A stretch of 55,607 bases of DNA from an uncultured Oscillospiraceae bacterium (lineage in GTDB: Bacteria > Bacillota > Clostridia > Oscillospirales > Oscillospiraceae), in assembly GCA_944386855.1 (NCBI GenBank), contig CALXCR010000055.1, positions 1-55,607 on the forward strand, written 5' to 3'. A program made the position numbers and the translations under genes. The notes under the pieces are model-generated. The model worked only from the letters and a program-made list of their open reading frames with translations, was not told where the DNA came from and did no database searches. Position 1 is the stretch's first letter. Each line of letters starts with the position of its first letter. Shown piece by piece: positions 27,981 to 37,225 of the stretch.

Positions 27981-28889
27981 ATGGCAAACGGCGGCGACAA
28001 ATCGGCTAAACGCGCGGTGGATATTGTCCCTTATGATACGGAAATCCCCAACGGCGCGCGCTGTTTAAATGAAGAGCATTCTCCGTTCGACGCAGAGGCC
28101 ATGCGAAAAAATAATGCCCTCGGCATCAAAATCTCCGAGGCACGAAAAAGGCACAAGCTTAGTCAGAAAGATCTGTCGCATAGGCTTGCGGCGTATAATA
28201 TATCCATATCGCCGGGAGCTATAAGCAAATGGGAAAAAGGCGACGCTTTACCCAGCCCGTATCAACTGTTTGCTATGTGTCAGATACTCGGTATACACGA
28301 TATACTCGGATACTTTACCGGCAGCAAACCGGAAGCCGAAGATTTTTCACCCGAGCTGAGTCAAAAAGGACTCGATCTGCTGCGCCTTTTTAAAGAGGCC
28401 CTTATCGCCTCCGGCAATTATCAGGTTAAAAACCGGCGCACAGAAAAACCAGTGACGCCGCGCCAACCTATACTTGTCAAGATTTTCAGCACGCCTGCCG
28501 CCGCGGGCGGCGGTTCTTTTCTGTCAGGTGAAGATTACGATATCATCGAGTTTGACCCCTCCAATGTGCCGGAAGATACCGATTTCGGTATACGAGTGAC
28601 CGGCGACAGTATGCTTCCGCGATATGTTCCCGGTCAGATCGTGTTTGTGGAACAGTGCAGCACACTGTATGACGGCGAAATAGGTGTTTTTGTCTACGAC
28701 GGCAACGCGTATATCAAGCAGTACAGAGAATCTGTCCCAACGGAAGACAACCTTGAAACATATATCACAAGCGACGGAGTCGTCAGGCCAAAAATCGATC
28801 TAAAATCTCTAAACCGCGCACGCGCGGACTGCGATGTCGATGTCCGTCCGGAAAATACGCTTCTTATAGTAGGGCGTGTATTGAATTAG
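27981..28889 (+). CDS. XRE-type HTH plus S24 (LexA/CI/UmuD-like) peptidase-domain repressor
   Basis: 302-aa ORF with RBS AAAGGAGG. The HTH is ARKRHKLSQKDLSHRLAAYNISISPGAISKWEKG. The C-terminal S24 domain has a GDSM serine motif and a downstream lysine (NAYIKQY). Confidence 0.85.
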   Translation: MANGGDKSAKRAVDIVPYDTEIPNGARCLNEEHSPFDAEAMRKNNALGIKISEARKRHKLSQKDLSHRLAAYNISISPGAISKWEKGDALPSPYQLFAMCQILGIHDILGYFTGSKPEAEDFSPELSQKGLDLLRLFKEALIASGNYQVKNRRTEKPVTPRQPILVKIFSTPAAAGGGSFLSGEDYDIIEFDPSNVPEDTDFGIRVTGDSMLPRYVPGQIVFVEQCSTLYDGEIGVFVYDGNAYIKQYRESVPTEDNLETYITSDGVVRPKIDLKSLNRARADCDVDVRPENTLLIVGRVLN

Positions 28890-29096
28890 CTGCAGAGTGT
28901 GTACATTATATTACTCTACCGCTTGCAAATCCGCTGGTTTTGTCTTTGCCTGCGGTATCAGTGGGAGATCGCGCACACTACTTTTACAAATTTCCGGCTG
29001 ATTAAGCCGGTATTCAGCAGGTAAAATATGAAGCACATACAAAATATCAGGAGCATCAGAACCATAGGTGCATTTTTTTGAAAGGGCTGATCTTAA

Positions 29097-29405
29097 ATGT
29101 CACGCTCAGGCAAAGGCGTAAAGCCTAAAATGGAGCGCATATATGTTAAAGTCAACTCCGATTTTGATTCAACGGGCTATATGCACCCGAGAACTATCAC
29201 ATGGAGCGACGGGCGCATATTTCCAATTGAGGCAGTCAAGGATTTCCGTCCGGCGGATCTCTCCGGAAAATCCGGCGATTGCTATGTCGTCGTTATACAC
29301 GGACAGGAAAAGCGTCTGTTTTTTGAGCGGGTAGATCCACGCTTTGCCGCAAGATTTGGACGCTGGTTTGTCGAACGCAGTTCCGCCGGCGGAGGAAACA
29401 TATGA
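29097..29405 (+). CDS. Small hypothetical protein translationally coupled to the Y-family polymerase
   Basis: 102-aa ORF. Its stop overlaps the polymerase start (ATGA), and the polymerase RBS GGAGG lies inside its last codons. I recognise no family; it does not look YolD-like to me. Confidence 0.5.
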   Translation: MSRSGKGVKPKMERIYVKVNSDFDSTGYMHPRTITWSDGRIFPIEAVKDFRPADLSGKSGDCYVVVIHGQEKRLFFERVDPRFAARFGRWFVERSSAGGGNI

Positions 29406-30967
29406 CGCTCTCAACTCCTTTACCGCCGGTTTCCGGCCGAAACCGGCACTCGGATAACAGCGGCCGCACCTATATTGCAATCGATCTCAAGAGCTTTTAT
29501 GCCAGTGTCGAGTGCACCGACCGTGATCTGGATCCGCTGACTACAAACCTTGTTGTTGCCGACACGTCGCGCACGGAAAAAACAATCTGCCTTGCGGTAT
29601 CCCCTTCCCTCAAATCATACGGAATTCCCGGGCGTCCGCGATTGTTTGAGGTTATTCAGAAAGTCAACGAGGTAAACGTGCGGCGTAAAACAAATGCTCC
29701 TAACCGTGTATTTACCTCTTCTTCTTTTGACGCGACAGCTATCGAGCGCGATCCGTCCTTTGAGATCGCGTATATTACCGCTCCCCCGCGCATGGCTCGT
29801 TATACAGCCGTATCTGCGGAGATATATGACATTTACTTAAAATACATTTCACCCGATGACATTATTGTTTACAGTATTGACGAGGTGTTTATAGACGTGA
29901 CAAATTATCTGGCCTCGTATAAAATGACGGCACACGAGCTTGCCACAGCGATTATCCGCGAGGTTCGATATATAACGGGCATTACGGCGACAGCCGGTAT
30001 AGGCACGAACATCTATCTGGCAAAAGTCGCTATGGACATTATTGCGAAGCGCGTCCCCGCTGACAGCGACGGTGTCCGAATCGCGGAACTGGATGAACAC
30101 CGTTACAGAGAAATTCTATGGACGCATGAGCCGATAACCGATTTCTGGCATGTAGGCCGGGGATCTGCGAAAAAGCTGCGCGATAACGGAATGTTCACAA
30201 TGGGTGATGTTGCTCGCTGCTCTATCGGCACTCCGGACTGTTACCACAACAAGGAGCTGCTCTATAAGCTTTTCGGTGTAAATGCAGAGCTCTTGATCGA
30301 TCATGCGTGGGGTCATGAGTCCGCAACGATCGCCGATATTAAGTCTTATACACCTGCATCGCGCTCTCTAAGCTCCGGTCAAGTTCTGAGTTGTCCCTAC
30401 GATTCGGAAAAAGCTGCGATTATCGTCCGTGAGATGGCAGACGCGCTTATACTTAAGCTTGTTGACAAGCAGCTTGTCACTGATCAGATTGAATTGACTG
30501 TCGGGTATGATGTCGAAAACATCGCTAACGGCCGATACAGCGGTCAGACGGTTGTCGATCACTACGGGCGGAAAATACCCAAACATGGGCACGGCACATC
30601 GAATCTTGAAGGATACAGCAATTCTTCACGCACAATTATTGAACGCATGATGAAGCTGTACGACAGCATTGCAGATAAGACGCTTCTCATACGGCGTCTA
30701 ACTGTCTGTGCAAATCATTTGATTGCCGAAGATGAAGCTACCGTTGAACGCAGATACGAACAGCTAGATCTTTTTACCGACCTTTCTGCTGCCGATATTT
30801 TGAAGAATTCGGAAAAATTTAAACAAGAAAAAGAGCGCCGCCTGCAAAAGGCGGCGCTTACAATCAAGGAAAAATACGGAAAAAACGCTTTGTTCAAGGG
30901 ATTAGACCTGTTAGACGGTGCTACTGCTATAGAGCGCAACGCACAAGTCGGCGGACACAGAGCGTGA
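29402..30967 (+). CDS. Y-family DNA polymerase (UmuC / ImpB-MucB-SamB-like translesion polymerase)
   Basis: 521-aa ORF. Catalytic motifs are IAIDLKSFYASVEC and YSIDEVFIDVT. A C-terminal extension contains QLDLF (30761..30775), which matches the beta-clamp-binding consensus. Confidence 0.88.
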   Translation: MTLSTPLPPVSGRNRHSDNSGRTYIAIDLKSFYASVECTDRDLDPLTTNLVVADTSRTEKTICLAVSPSLKSYGIPGRPRLFEVIQKVNEVNVRRKTNAPNRVFTSSSFDATAIERDPSFEIAYITAPPRMARYTAVSAEIYDIYLKYISPDDIIVYSIDEVFIDVTNYLASYKMTAHELATAIIREVRYITGITATAGIGTNIYLAKVAMDIIAKRVPADSDGVRIAELDEHRYREILWTHEPITDFWHVGRGSAKKLRDNGMFTMGDVARCSIGTPDCYHNKELLYKLFGVNAELLIDHAWGHESATIADIKSYTPASRSLSSGQVLSCPYDSEKAAIIVREMADALILKLVDKQLVTDQIELTVGYDVENIANGRYSGQTVVDHYGRKIPKHGHGTSNLEGYSNSSRTIIERMMKLYDSIADKTLLIRRLTVCANHLIAEDEATVERRYEQLDLFTDLSAADILKNSEKFKQEKERRLQKAALTIKEKYGKNALFKGLDLLDGATAIERNAQVGGHRA

Positions 30968-31339
30968 GGGGCAAGGGAGAAGTACGATTGTAATGCTATA
31001 CGGTTTCAACTCCATATATAGCAGAATTGCAGATTAGCTATACAGAAAGGATATTTCAAAAATATCGCCGAATAAATATCCTCACAGATACGATGTGTTG
31101 GCATTGCCGCGTCATCGCTCAGCTCCGCATCCGCGCATGAACAGAGTTTTCCGTACCATATAATTCACATTATTCAACGCGCAACGGGTTCGATGATGAG
31201 ATGCGGGGAGAATAAAATAATTGAGTTAACATATAAATTAATAAACTGTTCAGCAGCGTAAATAAATTTTTAATGGTAGTAAACAACCGAAATGTCTAAT
31301 GAGTTTTAATTATGGTTTTATTTTTTATAATATCCTATG

Positions 31340-32608
31340 TTAATCATGTCCATTAGCTGAATCAATTTTTCTGATTTCATGTGCTAGCAAAAAACCTAAA
31401 ATTGTTTCTGATAATAAAGGTGCAATGGACGCCCCATTTCCACGCCAGAGGTAAATAAGAATTAAATTTGTAATAACAGTGCATATTACACCGATTTGGA
31501 AACATTTACTATATTCTTTATCATGGCAACTCCCCAACAATATCTGAACCCCCATAAAATTATTATTAATCGCTATTACAATCCAATATAGGAGAGGTAT
31601 AGCCCAGTAAAAATGGATAACATATTCTTCTCCAAATAAAATAAGTATTCCCAATTTTGAGAAAATAGAAACAAGTGTAGCAATCAGCAAAAAAATTATA
31701 ATAATAATTTTCCTTATACTATACACAAAATTCGTACCTTTTCCCCAGTCTTCTTTCAAACGTTTACTAGAAATAGGATATAATACTTGCGCAATAGGTG
31801 TCCACCCCAGCATTATTATATTAGGAATTTTTTGAATTGCAGAAAAAACACCTACCTCTGTCTCAGTAGCAAACAAGCCCAAAAACGTAATACCTATTGC
31901 ACTAAACACTTTTGAACTTAACTGTGTTGTGAAAACATACCAACCATCTTTCAGTTCTCGTCCGATCTCACAAACAGAAATTCTCACTATTTTTAGATTA
32001 TATTTTTTCCAAGCAATCATCATACCTATAAATCCGCTGAGAAATGGCGATACAGAATACAACAAACAATACAGCAGCAAATCCTCACTACTCTTTACAA
32101 AACAAAATATACCAATTACAGATATAACTCGTGCAAAGATATTAATTAAAGAGATATATTTCATTTCTTGTTTACCTTGGAATAGCCAGTTCACCTGCAC
32201 GCAATATCCAAGTAAACAAATCAAAAGAACACTAAGACTCAAGCAAAATCGAATATTAGATATACATATAAAGACATATATTCCAGAAAAAACTGCACAT
32301 AAAATCAACAAAAAAATTCTTGAAAAAAGGACAGCGGTAAACAACCTATCAATGTTCTCTCTCTCAAATAAAGCGACTTTCCTAGTAGCTGACATTCCAA
32401 AACCATATTCCACAACTACTTGAAGATAAGTTACTATATTTAGAGCCATTGAAAAAACACCATATTGAGCAGCTCCTAATATTCTTGTAATATATGGAAT
32501 GGTCAGCATAGGCACAATAGCATTAAAAAATTGTAACAGATACATCCACACACCATTTTTAAAAGATGTTTTATGAACTATATCTCTCACCTTTTTTGTA
32601 AAAATCAT
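31340..32608 (-). CDS. wzx: Wzx-type polysaccharide flippase (MOP superfamily)
   Basis: The ORF track gives 31340..32644 with a TTG start. The ATG at 32608 lies 6 nt after GGAG. It is a ~422-aa protein with about 12 hydrophobic segments and is the last gene of the operon. Confidence 0.8.
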   Translation of the reverse strand: MIFTKKVRDIVHKTSFKNGVWMYLLQFFNAIVPMLTIPYITRILGAAQYGVFSMALNIVTYLQVVVEYGFGMSATRKVALFERENIDRLFTAVLFSRIFLLILCAVFSGIYVFICISNIRFCLSLSVLLICLLGYCVQVNWLFQGKQEMKYISLINIFARVISVIGIFCFVKSSEDLLLYCLLYSVSPFLSGFIGMMIAWKKYNLKIVRISVCEIGRELKDGWYVFTTQLSSKVFSAIGITFLGLFATETEVGVFSAIQKIPNIIMLGWTPIAQVLYPISSKRLKEDWGKGTNFVYSIRKIIIIIFLLIATLVSIFSKLGILILFGEEYVIHFYWAIPLLYWIVIAINNNFMGVQILLGSCHDKEYSKCFQIGVICTVITNLILIYLWRGNGASIAPLLSETILGFLLAHEIRKIDSANGHD

Positions 32609-32689
32609 CCTAAGCTCCGTTTCACAGCCCTTGTCCAATAGCAAAGGTAACCATAAAATATTTCCAATATTTTCACTCTATAATAAATA

Positions 32690-33274
32690 TTATCTAAAAA
32701 AAGGATGAAAATCCAGTTTATAGTCTATATTCGGGTTTCTATCTCTAATCTTTGTAGCGGGGTTGCCAATATATATACCAAACGGTTCTGTCGTACCTTT
32801 AATTACAGCACCTGCACCAATAATACATCCTTTCTCTATAAGAGAACCATCCAAAATAATAGCTTCGCATCCTACCCATACCAGATTGTTAATCTTGACG
32901 CTATTTTCACAATAACTAAATTCCAACGAATTAACTCTGTGCGAAGCAGTGATAATTTTTGTATATATTGATATTGAGCAATCATCACCGACTTGTAATC
33001 CCCCTCTCCCATCTAAATAGCAATATTCATTGATTATCGTTCTATCTCCTATTACAATTCTAGCAGGCCTAATCACTCTTGTATGGAGTCCAATTCTGGC
33101 GTCTTTCCCAAGTTTTAGTCCAGATATCTTATAAAAAAACTTACGCACGCACCAAAAAGGGATAACTGCAACAATATAATTTAAGAACCATGCATAAAAA
33201 CTTGTTATAAATTCAAATCCAATTTTTAAAACAGCATTTGAATCTTTAATTTGTTTTAATCTTTTTCTATTCAT
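32690..33274 (-). CDS. Hexapeptide-repeat (LbH) O-acetyltransferase, WcaF/NeuD-like
   Basis: The ORF track gives 32690..33307 with a TTG start and no RBS. I prefer the ATG at 33274. It has an N-terminal hydrophobic segment followed by hexapeptide repeats (IGDRTIINEYCYLDGRGGLQVGDDCSIS...). Confidence 0.75.
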   Translation of the reverse strand: MNRKRLKQIKDSNAVLKIGFEFITSFYAWFLNYIVAVIPFWCVRKFFYKISGLKLGKDARIGLHTRVIRPARIVIGDRTIINEYCYLDGRGGLQVGDDCSISIYTKIITASHRVNSLEFSYCENSVKINNLVWVGCEAIILDGSLIEKGCIIGAGAVIKGTTEPFGIYIGNPATKIRDRNPNIDYKLDFHPFFR

Positions 33275-33287
33275 TCTTATCGCTTCT

Positions 33288-34367
33288 TCAATACTTATAA
33301 TATTCAATAATTCTTTTTACAATTGTATCCCAGTCCAGCTCTCTTTCAGCAAATAACTTTGCATTGCAACTTGCATTATAAATTATTTTTGGGTTATTTA
33401 TATATATGGAACATATTTCTTGCATCTTCATTCTTAATTTAATTATTTGATCAGATTCATCTGAATAATCATATGAAAAAACAAAATCCTTATCCAATAT
33501 ATCTTTTATATACCCAAATACAGGAATAATTATCGGTTTTCCACAAGAAATAGCCAGAATGGCAGAACCCGAATTTTGCATAGATTCTTTTTCATATGGG
33601 AGCACAATCGCATCGCACGAAGATATATATGCTCCTAATTCTTCATTAGATATATAACGCAAATCTAATTTTATATTTACATTTTGCCTCGCACACAATC
33701 TAATTCTATCTTCTAATAATGTATCATTAACTTTTCCACAGATGACAAGTTCTGCATTTTCATTCAAAAAATCACAATTAAATGCCTTAATAAGTTTTTC
33801 AACGCCCTTATAATAAGAAATAGAGCCAAAATACAAAATCCTGAATTTGTTATAATTTTTATTTTTTTCAGATGGATACTGTTTAATAACACTACAATAA
33901 TTCCCATGCGGCACAAACAGGATTTTTTTTTCTGAATACCCGTAATTCAATTGGAGTATTTCTATTGATTCTGAACAGTGAACCACAACAAGCGAAATAT
34001 ATTTAAGCATTCGTTTAATAAAATACTCTTGATATCTATTATCCTCATTATGAGATCTTGCGTTGTGCATAGTCCATACCAGTTTCCCTCCACATAAACC
34101 AAAAATCTTAAAAAAAATCAGTAATAATTCACATTTAATTCGTGCTAGAAGGCCTTTACGAGCGGCATTATCTTCTAACCAGTTAAAGTGAAATATCACA
34201 TTTTTATGAGATATCACTTTTAACATAGAGTATAAAATTAATTTGATATCACCATTCCAAGCTTTATTAATAACTCTACACCCATTACTTTCTAACGAAT
34301 TTACAAAAAGATTAATATAATCATTTGAGTCGCTGTACGGCGGGTAAAAAATAATATCCATAATCAA
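33288..34367 (-). CDS. Glycosyltransferase, GT-B fold (GT4/GT1-like)
   Basis: 359-aa ORF. The C-terminal half has an E(x7)E-like region (PYEKESMQNSGSAILAISCGKPIIIP). An in-frame A9 run lies at 33923..33931. Confidence 0.7.
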   Translation of the reverse strand: MIMDIIFYPPYSDSNDYINLFVNSLESNGCRVINKAWNGDIKLILYSMLKVISHKNVIFHFNWLEDNAARKGLLARIKCELLLIFFKIFGLCGGKLVWTMHNARSHNEDNRYQEYFIKRMLKYISLVVVHCSESIEILQLNYGYSEKKILFVPHGNYCSVIKQYPSEKNKNYNKFRILYFGSISYYKGVEKLIKAFNCDFLNENAELVICGKVNDTLLEDRIRLCARQNVNIKLDLRYISNEELGAYISSCDAIVLPYEKESMQNSGSAILAISCGKPIIIPVFGYIKDILDKDFVFSYDYSDESDQIIKLRMKMQEICSIYINNPKIIYNASCNAKLFAERELDWDTIVKRIIEYYKY

Positions 34368-34372
34368 TCTCC

Positions 34373-35569
34373 TTAGGAGTTAATCTTAACCTGCGTTCGT
34401 TTTTTGTCCTGTATTCCGCCTTGTTTTAAAGTATCCATACTGGCTGCTAGAAGAAGCACAGTAAACAACAATTCTGGTCTTGCATATACGTCTGCTAACC
34501 AAATAATCAATACACTCCAAAACGCAGCTGCACTAGGAATGGAAAGCATTTGTTCTTTTTTGCCAAGTTTGTCGATCTTTCTGGAAATAACAAAAAGATA
34601 CATGGCAAATAATGCATACCCCACAAGTCCGGCAAAAACTAAATAATACAAATATGTACAATGTGGATGATAATATCCAAACATATGCAGCTTCGCAATA
34701 TCAACAGGTTGATTTCCAACCCCTATTATGGGCGAGTTTGTAAACCATTCTATCGCAGCTTCCCACACATAAGTTCTTACAGTTAAAGTGAGATCTTTCT
34801 GCAATATTTGGACAATAATAAATGAAAATATATGCGTCATGTTCATCAACACAATCAAGACAAATAAAACACCACTTATAATTAATCCTAAAAAAGCTGA
34901 AATAGCACTTTTAAAGACCGTCTTCATATAATAGATTATAAAAAACACTGCTACCCCTACAATGCTAGTCGACGATCTTGAAAGAAGTGTACTAATTACT
35001 GTAATAATTACACCAACTATATCCATTTTATTTAGTTTTGCATTTCTCAATGATGCCAATGCATATACACTAAATAAATATGGCAGCGTGAACATAATAA
35101 AGCTATTCTTGTTTCCTAAAAACCATCCCTCTGGATTTACTTGTCCACTAATATACCAACCACCCGGAAACAGCACTAATGTGGCAAAATTCAAGATAAC
35201 ATATATAAAGAGAATGTTCTTTAGAGTCAACAAAAAAATTTTGCCTTTCTCTTCAATGCAAATTTCAGCAAACATTACAAAAGCAAAAACATTTCCTGCC
35301 GATAATATAATATTTCTTAAATCTCCTTTATTAATAATAGTCGATGCTATCATCATAGCATAGATAGTCACCAATAAAACAGTGTGCCTAGAATTTCTTT
35401 TTGTTATTGCATACCAACATGGAACTATTGTCATAAAGACGACCCTACATATATCATATAGAAAGTTTAATGGTGTCAAAAATGCTGTAATATCAACAAT
35501 CGTCGGTTTTGTAAAAACAAGTATAAATAAAATCATAAACAAATGCGACTTTTTAACTTTTAAGTCCAT
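34373..35569 (-). CDS. wzy: Wzy-type polysaccharide polymerase / O-antigen ligase family membrane protein
   Basis: 398-aa ORF with RBS GGAGAA and about 10-11 hydrophobic segments. It has a larger loop near the C-terminal third (VWEAAIEWFTNSPIIGVGN), typical of the Wzy_C region. Confidence 0.75.
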   Translation of the reverse strand: MDLKVKKSHLFMILFILVFTKPTIVDITAFLTPLNFLYDICRVVFMTIVPCWYAITKRNSRHTVLLVTIYAMMIASTIINKGDLRNIILSAGNVFAFVMFAEICIEEKGKIFLLTLKNILFIYVILNFATLVLFPGGWYISGQVNPEGWFLGNKNSFIMFTLPYLFSVYALASLRNAKLNKMDIVGVIITVISTLLSRSSTSIVGVAVFFIIYYMKTVFKSAISAFLGLIISGVLFVLIVLMNMTHIFSFIIVQILQKDLTLTVRTYVWEAAIEWFTNSPIIGVGNQPVDIAKLHMFGYYHPHCTYLYYLVFAGLVGYALFAMYLFVISRKIDKLGKKEQMLSIPSAAAFWSVLIIWLADVYARPELLFTVLLLAASMDTLKQGGIQDKKRTQVKINS

Positions 35570-35638
35570 ATTTACGTTCTCCTTATCTATAGTTCTTACA
35601 ATAACTTCGATTTGTTATTTTAAATTATGTTTATATAT

Positions 35639-36817
35639 TTATATGTCATCTTTAGTTTGATCGTTTTGTAATATTTTGCTATAACTCATCAACATTTTCT
35701 TTGCTATAATATCCCAAGAACATTTTTCTTCAATAGTCTTTTTCGCTTCTTCACCAATTGACCTTCTTCTTTGATCTTGATTTAATATTGTTAATATTTC
35801 CTGTGCCCAAACATCCTCTGACAATTCTCTAATTATACCGTTTCTTCCATCATCAATCAAAGTTATGGATCCTCCATTATACGTTGTAATTACCGTTACT
35901 CCATACAACATAGCCTCCATTAATACCATTCCAAATATTTCATAACTAGTGGGAAGAGTAAATACAGTCGCTTGTTTATACAAATACGGCAGTTGATTCT
36001 GCGGTAGTTTTTTTATATAGACAACAAACTCTTTTAATCCTAATTCGTTTATTCTCTTTGAGCATTCCTCTTTATACTCTTCAGTACCGTCCCCTACTAA
36101 TAGTAAGCAAACATTGTGATTTATTTCTCTAACTTTATTAAAAGTTTCAATAAGAAATAATGTATTTCTTCTCTCTTCAATTCGGCCAATATATAATACA
36201 ACTTGTCTATTCCCAATTTGCAACAATATGTTTTTAATTTCATCGCTTTTTTCTTTTACCATTTGAAATCTCGTTTTATCTAGACCAACACCAACAGTTT
36301 TTACGTTGCAAAAACCTCTTTCTCTTAAGAAATTTTCAGCAAGTACGCTCTTGGTGAAGCAAGGAAGTGTCGTTAATACCTTCTTAGGCTTTGGAAATAA
36401 GTCAACAATTCTGCTCTTAAGTAGGTATTTTTTATTATAATCACTTAAATATGGCCCATGGTATAACACAACTCTATTACGTCCTTTACTAATCGCATAC
36501 AACAAATAACTTGTTATTTGATCATAGTCACTTACTTGAACTATGTCATAATTTCTAATCAGCTTATTTAATCCTATAAATATTCCATTTAAAGCTATCG
36601 AATATCCTTTTAACCACCATACTTTGACCTGTATTCCACTATCAGATACTATTTCAGTGTGAGTCGGTTCATTTCCTCCATAATACGCGACTTCGCAGAC
36701 GTGACCGGCACGAATAAATGCTTTTGCCAATCCCAATTCCTGCATATTATATGTATTAATGTTTACTATATTTCCGTTTGTTCTTAAAATCAGAATTTTC
36801 ACATTATTCCCTCGCAT
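35639..36817 (-). CDS. Glycosyltransferase family 4
   Basis: 392-aa ORF. The GTG at 36802 (VKILILR...) after GAGGG is an alternative start. It carries the GT4 motif YEIFGMVLMEAMLYGVTVI. Confidence 0.8.
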   Translation of the reverse strand: MRGNNVKILILRTNGNIVNINTYNMQELGLAKAFIRAGHVCEVAYYGGNEPTHTEIVSDSGIQVKVWWLKGYSIALNGIFIGLNKLIRNYDIVQVSDYDQITSYLLYAISKGRNRVVLYHGPYLSDYNKKYLLKSRIVDLFPKPKKVLTTLPCFTKSVLAENFLRERGFCNVKTVGVGLDKTRFQMVKEKSDEIKNILLQIGNRQVVLYIGRIEERRNTLFLIETFNKVREINHNVCLLLVGDGTEEYKEECSKRINELGLKEFVVYIKKLPQNQLPYLYKQATVFTLPTSYEIFGMVLMEAMLYGVTVITTYNGGSITLIDDGRNGIIRELSEDVWAQEILTILNQDQRRRSIGEEAKKTIEEKCSWDIIAKKMLMSYSKILQNDQTKDDI

Positions 36818-36890
36818 TTAAATAACCTGTAGCTTTTCATACAATATTTATATAGCAAATATTTAAATCTCCATATAATCCATCTGAAAT

Positions 36891-37219
36891 TTACCAATTC
36901 ATATCTATAATATCTTTATCTATTAGTGTCAAACGTTTTTTCAACAGCTCTGCGGATTTTTTCCATGAATATTTTTTTAAAACTTCTAATCTGTTTCCTT
37001 TTTTTTCAACAGTTCAAATTCATATTCATTGGGATTAATATAAGACACACTATCTCCAAATACCTCATGCATTACTTCCGTATCCGACACCACAACCTGC
37101 TTTGCGCCAGCACTAATTGCCTCTAAAGGAGGTATGTCAAAGCCTTCATAAAATGTCGGAAAAAGGAAAACCTTGCAGTCCCGCATTAATGTCTTTGCCC
37201 CCTCATCACTTACCCACAC
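36891..37219 (-). pseudogene. Truncated, frameshifted 3' remnant of a GT4 glycosyltransferase paralogous to 38572..39624
   Basis: - The 77-aa ORF (36986..37219) aligns to residues ~255-320 of the 364-aa GT, with 55 of 65 hand-aligned residues identical (VSDEGAKTLMRDCKVFLFPTFYEGFDIPPLEAISAGAK...).
- After a stop next to an A8 run (T8 on the plus strand, 36999..37006), homology resumes in another frame: LEVLKKYSWKKSAELLKKRL against EEILLKYSWKKSAKELYQLLK. That frame runs to a stop at 36891.
- The first ~250 codons are absent. Confidence 0.75.
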
Positions 37220-37225
37220 AAAATA

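Noticed and set aside
29059-29070. GAACCATAGGTG upstream of the small ORF and polymerase pair, considered as a Firmicute LexA (Cheo) box, GAAC-N4-GTTC.
   Set aside because: Only the left half-site matches; the right half is GGTG rather than GTTC.
29028-29081. A 17-codon ORF (MKHIQNIRSIRTIGAFF) in the gap between the S24 gene and the small ORF.
   Set aside because: It has no RBS, is very short, and nothing distinguishes it from a random open frame.
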